A DNA stretch of 64,000 bases from an uncultured Gemmatimonadaceae bacterium (GTDB lineage: Bacteria; Gemmatimonadota; Gemmatimonadetes; Gemmatimonadales; Gemmatimonadaceae): NCBI GenBank assembly GCA_963740355.1, contig CAVUDW010000003.1, positions 2,304,001 to 2,368,000 of the forward strand, written 5' to 3'. Positions 57,344-64,000 of the stretch are shown here, piece after piece (positions within the stretch are counted from its first letter, which is position 1; every line of letters starts with the position of its first letter). Below the pieces are notes generated by a model, which had not been told where the DNA came from, ran no database searches, and saw only the letters and a program-made list of their open reading frames with translations. Made by a program: the position numbers and the translations under genes.

Positions 57344-59503
57344 CTACGCCTGCCCGCTCCGCAGCCGCCACCCCGGGTTCCCGTAGTGCTGGTACGTCGC
57401 CCACAACGACCCGAACCGCCCTCGCTCCCCGTACAGCGACTGCCGCGCGGCCAGCAGTGCCGCCCCGATCGGCTCGGCTTCCTGCGCTGACGGCACCACC
57501 CGGCGATAGAACACTTCTGCGAATCGTACCGCGCCTTCATCGCTTATCGCGCGCGCCGTCCCGACGAAATTCCGCGCACCGCACTGCAACAGCGCATCGG
57601 CCAGTCCTGGCACGAGCCCAAGTTCACTCCACGATTCGCCCGAGGTCACACCACCCAGCTGCTCCTTCGCCGCCAGCCGAGCAGTGACACAGGCGTTGGC
57701 GACGATCAGTGACGGGGCGCCACTCTCGAGCGCGAGCCGCAATTCATTCGGTCCCAACACACCATCGGCGAACACCCACCCACTCTCGCCAAGGTTCGAC
57801 GGGTCGAACACGCCATGCCCGCAGTAGTGCAGCAGGTCGAACGGTGCCGCGCGGCGCGACAGCAGGTCGATCACGCTCGATCGCGACGCTTCATCCTGAC
57901 CGTCACTGTGGCCAGGTGCCCCCAGCAACAGCTTCACCTGCACGCCAAGTGACTCCAGCAGTGCCTGAACCGCCAACGCTTCGGTGCGCGCACCGGGCAG
58001 CGATTCACCTCGCGCCGGATCACCGGGATCACCGATGACCAGTGCCCGCAATCGCCCACGCATTTGCGGCTCCATGCCGCTGGCGGGGCTGAGCGCCGTG
58101 CGCAGCTGCCGCGAAATCGGGCGCGCGAGGCCAAGATGCGCCACGGGGGCTTCGGCTTGCGTGATGCCGGCCATCAAGTCGTCGCCGTCGACGTGCATCA
58201 CTTCCCATGGCACGGCGGCCATGTCGCGATCCACGTCCATCACCAGTTCACTCGCGCCGGTCAGCAGTGCGCGCAAGTCGGCTGGGACGAGCAGCCGCCG
58301 GAGCAGACGTGCGGCTTGCGTCACCTGATCTTCACTGGCTTCAGGCGCATCGCGTTGCATCATTTCCACCTGCTCACGAATCAGCGCGAAGTCCACTGGA
58401 ATCACGCGCTGCGCCACGGTCGCGAGATCGGTGATGGCGGCCACCCGCACGCCGTCCGGCGCGCGCACGTACGACAACCGTACGGCGGTATCGGCATCGG
58501 TGCCGTCGAATCCCTCGATGCGCACCCGCAGCAGGTCGACCGGTCGCGCTGGTCGCGCCAGCGGCCGACTCGGCACCGTCAGCCCACGCTTCGTGCGCTC
58601 GTCGCTGGCGAGGGTGTCGGCACGCCGTGCATCCAGTTCCTGGAATTGGCGCGCCAGGGTGGCATTCGCGAGGTGCAGCGCGGCAGCCAACTGTGGCACC
58701 GTCACACTCGCGTGTGCATCACTCGCCGCATCGACACTGGCCAGCAATGCTCCGGCAGCTTGGGATCCGTGCTCACTCGAGGCAGTCGCCATCAGCAGCG
58801 CATAGAGACTCGCCTGTGACAGCTGGCCATACGCGTTGTCGGGGTCTGGCACGGCAACGATCTCTGGTGTCACCGTCACGTGCACCCCCTCGGCCTCCAG
58901 CACCGGCGCGTACCACGCCGCACGCGCCACCAGTTCGGCGTGAATCGCGCGCGCCTTTCCCAACTCTCGCTCCACGATGCGCAGCACACGCAACCGCGAC
59001 GGCACCTTGTCATCCAGCGCCGGTGCAAAACTCACCATTGCCGCCAGCAAGCCATCCAGCGCTTCCCACACCCGCATGGTGCCTTCACCGCTGCCGATCA
59101 AGACCATGTTGATGATCGCGACGTCCGGCAGCGACGTGACCTTCACCGCCATCCGCGACATCAGGTCGCGATGTCGCGCGCGGGTGTATGTCCCGGGAAA
59201 TCCCATGCCGACCAGCGTGACCGTCACCGGCGTGCCCATGTCGCCCTGCTGCCGCCCCGGATAGAACTCGACATCGCCGAACGCCGGCGCCAGTTCGCCG
59301 AGGTGCGAGAGCCGCGTCAGCGTCAGCCGCTCCGACCCCCGTCCTTCCTCCGGCAGCCGCGACACCAGCGCCCGATCCAGCGCCAATTCCGCGCCTTGCG
59401 GCTCCACGCCGGTATAGTGCCCCACCACATACATGTCTCCGGGAACGCGTGTGATGTCCCCCCACACGACTTCCAGCGTCAACGGCAGCGGTGTCGGCGT
59501 CAT
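57344..59503 (-). CDS. CHAT (caspase-like) domain protein with Macro-like N-terminus
   Basis: LLHYCGHG and VANAC dyad, VPWEVM, IGDP, YQHYGNP; N-terminal LEVVWGDIT. Confidence 0.85.
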   Translation of the reverse strand: MTPTPLPLTLEVVWGDITRVPGDMYVVGHYTGVEPQGAELALDRALVSRLPEEGRGSERLTLTRLSHLGELAPAFGDVEFYPGRQQGDMGTPVTVTLVGMGFPGTYTRARHRDLMSRMAVKVTSLPDVAIINMVLIGSGEGTMRVWEALDGLLAAMVSFAPALDDKVPSRLRVLRIVERELGKARAIHAELVARAAWYAPVLEAEGVHVTVTPEIVAVPDPDNAYGQLSQASLYALLMATASSEHGSQAAGALLASVDAASDAHASVTVPQLAAALHLANATLARQFQELDARRADTLASDERTKRGLTVPSRPLARPARPVDLLRVRIEGFDGTDADTAVRLSYVRAPDGVRVAAITDLATVAQRVIPVDFALIREQVEMMQRDAPEASEDQVTQAARLLRRLLVPADLRALLTGASELVMDVDRDMAAVPWEVMHVDGDDLMAGITQAEAPVAHLGLARPISRQLRTALSPASGMEPQMRGRLRALVIGDPGDPARGESLPGARTEALAVQALLESLGVQVKLLLGAPGHSDGQDEASRSSVIDLLSRRAAPFDLLHYCGHGVFDPSNLGESGWVFADGVLGPNELRLALESGAPSLIVANACVTARLAAKEQLGGVTSGESWSELGLVPGLADALLQCGARNFVGTARAISDEGAVRFAEVFYRRVVPSAQEAEPIGAALLAARQSLYGERGRFGSLWATYQHYGNPGWRLRSGQA

Positions 59504-59682
59504 ATGGGTTGAACCTGCCACGACGTCACGCCATCGCGCGAGCCCCCAATGGCCGTCCTGAAGCGTTGACCCCGATGCTCCGTCCGTTGCGCGTGCCGCG
59601 CGCTGACGCGGCTCCCAGGTACGCCGTTCCGGAAGTTGCGAGAGGCGTTACCGTTCCCGCTCACTTCGACCGCATGCACGCC

Positions 59683-61026
59683 ATGGCCGCACTACCGAAT
59701 TTTCTGCATCGCGATCACACCATCGCGCCTCCTGGCTTCAATCGGTGGCGCGTGCCGCCCGCGGCACTCGCGATTCATCTGTGCATCGGCCAGGCCTACG
59801 CCTTCAGCGTCTTCTCGCTGCCCCTCTCGAAGGCCATCGGCCTCAGTGTGGCCGCACCGGATGATTGGAAGGTCAGCACCATCGGTTGGGTCTTCAGCAC
59901 CGCCATCGTCTTTCTCGGACTCTCGGCGGCGCTGTTCGGCAGCTGGCTCGAACGAGTCGGTCCGCGTGCGGCGATGTTCGTCTCGGCGCTCTGTTTCAGC
60001 AGCGGTCTCGCGATCGGGGCGGCCGGGATTGCATCACACCAGTTCTGGCTCCTCCTCTTCGGCTATGGCGTGATCGGTGGTGTGGGACTCGGCATCGGCT
60101 ACATCTCGCCAGTCTCGACACTCATCAAGTGGTTTCCCGATCGCCCTGGCATGGCCACGGGCCTTGCGATCATGGGCTTTGGCGGCGGCGCCATCGTCGC
60201 CTCGCCGCTCTCTGTCTGGATGATGGCGCACTTTCGCACGCCCACCAGCAACGGCATCGCGCCGACATTCCTCGCACTCTCGCTGCTCTATCTCGTCGTC
60301 ATGATGTTCGGCGTCCTCACGGTGCGTGTCCCGGCCGATGACTGGACACCATCGGCGAGTATCACGCGTCGCACCGAGAAGGCGACTGCAGCGGCCGCGG
60401 GAAAGACGGTCGGCGAGGCAGTTCGCACCTCACAGTTCTGGCTCCTCTGGACGATGTTGTGCCTCAATGTCACGGCCGGCATCGGTGTGCTTGGTCAGGC
60501 GTCCGCGATGATCCAGGAGATGTTTCCCGGCACGATCACCGTGAAGGACGCCGCCAGTTTCGTGGTGCTGCTCAGTCTCGCCAACCTGGTGGGCCGATTC
60601 GCCTGGTCATCACTCAGTGATCACATCGGCCGGCGCTGGACCTACGCCACCTTCTTCGCACTCGGTGCCGCACTCTACGCCAGCGTGCCGACGATCGGGC
60701 GCAGTGGCAACGTCATCGCCTTCGTGGCCGCCTACGCCATCATCCTCTCGATGTATGGTGGCGGCTTTGCCACGATTCCCGCGTACCTCCGCGACAAGTT
60801 CGGCACGCTGCAAGTCGGCGCCATCCACGGTCGCCTGCTCACGGCCTGGTCCACCGCCGGTGTCCTCGGCCCGGTCCTCGTGAACTACATCCGCGAATAC
60901 CAGATCAATCGCGGCGTCCCGAAAGCCGAAGCCTACAGCGTCACGATGTACCTCATGGCCGCCCTCCTCCTCATCGGCTTCGCCGCCAACCTCGCCCTCA
61001 AGCCCGTCGCCACGCCATCGAGCTGA
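59683..61026 (+). CDS. OFA-family MFS transporter
   Basis: HLCIGQAYAFSVF, KWFPDRPGMATGLAIMGFGGG and HGRLLTAWS. Confidence 0.92.
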   Translation: MAALPNFLHRDHTIAPPGFNRWRVPPAALAIHLCIGQAYAFSVFSLPLSKAIGLSVAAPDDWKVSTIGWVFSTAIVFLGLSAALFGSWLERVGPRAAMFVSALCFSSGLAIGAAGIASHQFWLLLFGYGVIGGVGLGIGYISPVSTLIKWFPDRPGMATGLAIMGFGGGAIVASPLSVWMMAHFRTPTSNGIAPTFLALSLLYLVVMMFGVLTVRVPADDWTPSASITRRTEKATAAAAGKTVGEAVRTSQFWLLWTMLCLNVTAGIGVLGQASAMIQEMFPGTITVKDAASFVVLLSLANLVGRFAWSSLSDHIGRRWTYATFFALGAALYASVPTIGRSGNVIAFVAAYAIILSMYGGGFATIPAYLRDKFGTLQVGAIHGRLLTAWSTAGVLGPVLVNYIREYQINRGVPKAEAYSVTMYLMAALLLIGFAANLALKPVATPSS

Positions 61027-61068
61027 ACTTCCACCGCCGTGCCGGCGAGTCTGGTCCACACTCCAAAA

Positions 61069-61338
61069 CACGCGGAGTCGCGGGGAACGCGGAGCCGCGG
61101 GGGAACAGCGACTGCGCAGACTGTGAAGAGCAACTGTCATTGCCGTACGAAGTGCGAGCGCGGAACGCGTCTTCAGATGTGCGTGTCTAGCAGTAGTTCG
61201 AAAACGTCCGTTGCATGCGTTGCTCGCGTGACGCACACGCAATTCCCAAAGCCCCACTCAAACGCTGTACACACCTCCCGCGCGAAACGCGCGCGACCGC
61301 AGTTCTCCGCGGCTCCGCGTCCCCCGCGGCTCCGCGTG
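61069..61338. repeat. Intergenic inverted-repeat element (CACGCGGAGCCGCGG family)
   Basis: Near-perfect inverted arms of about 37 bp at 61069-61106 and 61302-61338, each with an internal tandem duplication. Confidence 0.8.
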
Positions 61339-61494
61339 AGGAAGTGTTGACCGCCAGCGCGGCACGCGCCCGCAACGTAGGAGCACCGCCATGGTTGCCT
61401 GAGAGAGGCGGCGACCTAACTTCCGGTGACCACGAATCAGCCCTCGCTGCCGCTCTCAGGCCCGGGTGCGCTGGTCCCCGAGCAGGTGCTCTGC

Positions 61495-62544
61495 ATGACG
61501 ATTGGCAACCGACCGACCCCATCCGCCGCACCGGGTAGCGCCGCGCCGAGGCCGACCCTCGTCCGGCACCACGAATCCGCGCCGATCGGCGACCATGTGG
61601 AGCGCAATCCGGGCACGCCACTCGATCTCGACGTCGTGCGCGCCATTCGCGTCAATCGCAGTGCCGTCGAGCGCCGCGCCGCGACCATTCCGACTCGACG
61701 CACCGTCAAGAAGGAGTGGCAGGCCGCGTGGTTGCTGCGCGCCATCACCTGCATGGATCTCACCACGCTCTCCGGTGACGATACGCCAGGCAATGTGCGC
61801 CGCCTGTGCGCCAAGGCCCGCCATCCGCTGCGCGATGACATCAAGGCGGCGCTTGGCGTCAGTCACCTCCGCGTCACCACCGGTGCCGTGTGTGTGTATC
61901 ACTCGTTGGTGGCGACAGCGGTCGAGGCATTGGCGGGGAGCGGAATTCCCGTTGCAGCGGTGTCGACCGGCTTCCCGGCAGGCTTGAGCCCCATCGAAAC
62001 ACGCCTCGCCGAGATCAAGGCCAGCGTGGCTGCAGGTGCACAGGAAATCGACATCGTCGTCACGCGTGCCCACGTGCTTACTGGCAACTGGCACGCACTG
62101 TATGACGAAGTGAAGCGCTTCCGTGAGGCGTGTGGCGATGCGCACATGAAGACCATTCTCGCCACCGGCGAACTCGCCACCATGACGAATGTCGCGCGCG
62201 CCAGCATGGTCGCCATGCAGGCTGGCAGTGACTTCATCAAGACCAGCACCGGCAAGGAACCCGAGAACGCCACCTTGCCCGTCGGGCTCGTGATGGTGCG
62301 CATGATCCGCGCCTACCGCGAACAGACCGGACACGTCGTCGGCTTCAAGCCCGCCGGCGGCATTCGTGCGGCCAAGGGTGCGCTCGACTGGCTTGCGCTG
62401 ATGAAGGAAGAACTCGGCGATCGCTGGCTGCGCCCCGACCTCTTCCGCTTCGGCGCCAGTGGCCTGCTCACCGATATCGAACGACAGCTCGAGCATTTCG
62501 TCACTGGTCGCTACGCCGCTGCGTATCGCCAGCCGATGCCGTGA
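61495..62544 (+). CDS. deoC: Deoxyribose-phosphate aldolase (long type)
   Basis: DLTTLSGDDT, STGFPAG, EIDIV, FIKTSTGK, GFKPAGG and RFGAS; start uncertain. Confidence 0.93.
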   Translation: MTIGNRPTPSAAPGSAAPRPTLVRHHESAPIGDHVERNPGTPLDLDVVRAIRVNRSAVERRAATIPTRRTVKKEWQAAWLLRAITCMDLTTLSGDDTPGNVRRLCAKARHPLRDDIKAALGVSHLRVTTGAVCVYHSLVATAVEALAGSGIPVAAVSTGFPAGLSPIETRLAEIKASVAAGAQEIDIVVTRAHVLTGNWHALYDEVKRFREACGDAHMKTILATGELATMTNVARASMVAMQAGSDFIKTSTGKEPENATLPVGLVMVRMIRAYREQTGHVVGFKPAGGIRAAKGALDWLALMKEELGDRWLRPDLFRFGASGLLTDIERQLEHFVTGRYAAAYRQPMP

Positions 62545-62560
62545 CCTTCTGCCAACACAC

Positions 62561-64000
62561 ATGACATCCGTCGCTGACATCTTCGAGACCATGGCCTACG
62601 GCCCCGCCCCAGAAGGCGATGCGCCCGTGCGCGAGTGGATCGAACGTCACCAGCTCGGCACCTTCGGTCATTTCATCGATGGCGCGTTCACGAAGCACGG
62701 CAACACCTTCGCGGTCAACAACCCCGCCACCGGTGGTGTGCTGGCGAAGGTGACGCAGGGCACCGAAGCCGATGTCGATGCCGCAGTGAAGGCTGCACGC
62801 GGAGCGCTTCCCCATTGGCAGGCGCTCGGTGGGCATGGGCGTGCACGACACCTCTACGCCCTCGCACGTGCCGTGCAAAAACATGCGCGACTGCTCGCCG
62901 TGCTGGAAACGATGGACAACGGCAAGCCGATTCGCGAGACGCGTGACCTCGACATCCCGCTCGTCGCCCGGCACTTCTACCATCACGCCGGCTGGGCGCA
63001 GCTGCTCGACACCGAGTTCGCGGGCTACAGTGGCGCCGGCGTCTGCGGGCAGATCATTCCCTGGAATTTTCCGCTGTTGATGCTGGCGTGGAAGGTCGCG
63101 CCTGCGCTGGCGGCTGGCTGCACCGTGGTCCTCAAGCCTGCCGAGTTCACGCCGCTGACCGCACTCTGTTTCGCGGAGATTGCGCGTGATGCCGGATTGC
63201 CCGCTGGTGTGCTGAATGTCGTCACCGGTGATGGCGAGACCGGCAAGGCGCTGGTCGCCCACAAGGACCTCGACAAGCTCGCATTCACCGGATCCACGGA
63301 AGTCGGCAAGATCATCCGTCGCGCCACCGCCGGCAGTGGCGTGAAGCTCTCGCTCGAACTGGGCGGCAAGAGTCCCTTCATCGTCTTCGATGACGCCGAT
63401 CTCGATAGCGTCGTCGAAGGTGTCGTGGACGCGATCTGGTTCAACCAGGGCCAGGTCTGCTGTGCCGGCTCGCGCCTGTTGGTGCAGGAGGGCGTTGCGT
63501 CGCAGCTGGAAGAGAAGATCCGCGCGCGCATGGAAACCCTGCGCATCGGGTCGCCCCTCGACAAGTCGATCGACATGGGTGCGATCGTCGATCCGATCCA
63601 GCTCGAACGCATCCGCACTCTGGTCGATGCAGGTGTCGCAGAAGGGTCGCAGATGTGGCAGCCGTCGTGGGCCGTGCCGACCACGGGGTGCTTCTACCCG
63701 CCAACGTTGTTCACAGGCGTGTCACCCGCCGCCAGCATCGTGCAGGAAGAGATCTTCGGTCCAGTGCTGGTGTCGATGACGTTCCGCACACCGTCAGAGG
63801 CCGTCGAGCTGGCGAACAACACGCCCTACGGCCTGGCCAGCAGCATCTGGACCGAGAACATCAATCTCGCGCTCGACATCGCGCCGAAGATCAAGTCGGG
63901 CATCGTCTGGGTGAACTCCACCAATCTCTTCGACGCCGCGGCTGGTTTCGGTGGCTACAAGGAGAGTGGCTTCGGTCGCGAGGGCGGCCGCGAGGGGATG
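62561..64000 (+). CDS. Aldehyde dehydrogenase (partial, runs off the window)
   Basis: Read from DNA: IIPWNFP, FTGST, LELGGKSP, NQGQVCCAGSR, EEIFGP and FGGYKESG. Confidence 0.93.
   Translation, partial: MTSVADIFETMAYGPAPEGDAPVREWIERHQLGTFGHFIDGAFTKHGNTFAVNNPATGGVLAKVTQGTEADVDAAVKAARGALPHWQALGGHGRARHLYALARAVQKHARLLAVLETMDNGKPIRETRDLDIPLVARHFYHHAGWAQLLDTEFAGYSGAGVCGQIIPWNFPLLMLAWKVAPALAAGCTVVLKPAEFTPLTALCFAEIARDAGLPAGVLNVVTGDGETGKALVAHKDLDKLAFTGSTEVGKIIRRATAGSGVKLSLELGGKSPFIVFDDADLDSVVEGVVDAIWFNQGQVCCAGSRLLVQEGVASQLEEKIRARMETLRIGSPLDKSIDMGAIVDPIQLERIRTLVDAGVAEGSQMWQPSWAVPTTGCFYPPTLFTGVSPAASIVQEEIFGPVLVSMTFRTPSEAVELANNTPYGLASSIWTENINLALDIAPKIKSGIVWVNSTNLFDAAAGFGGYKESGFGREGGREGM

Overview
High-GC bacterial chromosome segment. 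The gene content (ADOP-type duplicated permease, M14 peptidase, PEP-CTERM proteins) suggests a Gemmatimonadota-like organism, but this is inference only. The main feature is a chromosomal integron. An apparently intact integron integrase (39144-40193, minus strand) is co-oriented with its cassette array, and the array lies off the 3' end of the gene. There is an attI-like site at about 38860 and 17 recognisable attC sites (about 96 bp, one sequence family, several decayed) between 23940 and 37783. The attC sites have non-canonical 4/8-nt spacers, a conserved motif in the unpaired loop, and cassette ends whose complementarity extends beyond the 7-bp core. Past the last attC, about 24 kb of small, almost all minus-strand accessory genes (VOC, DinB, GNAT, RibD-C and others) continue without attC sites and may be an eroded array. 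intI sits 110 bp downstream of arsR-arsM and has a candidate GAAC-N4-GTTC-like box upstream. The right half carries a His-rich CDF transporter, core metabolic genes, a copZ-copA-csoR cluster with two uncharacterised exported proteins, a VapBC pair, a Macro-like/CHAT protease, an OFA-family MFS transporter, deoC and a truncated aldehyde dehydrogenase. Two families of REP-like palindromic repeats are present. Five single-base frameshifts, two of them outside the array, may be sequencing errors. No rRNA, tRNA or CRISPR array was recognised. All family assignments come from recalled motifs, not from database searches.
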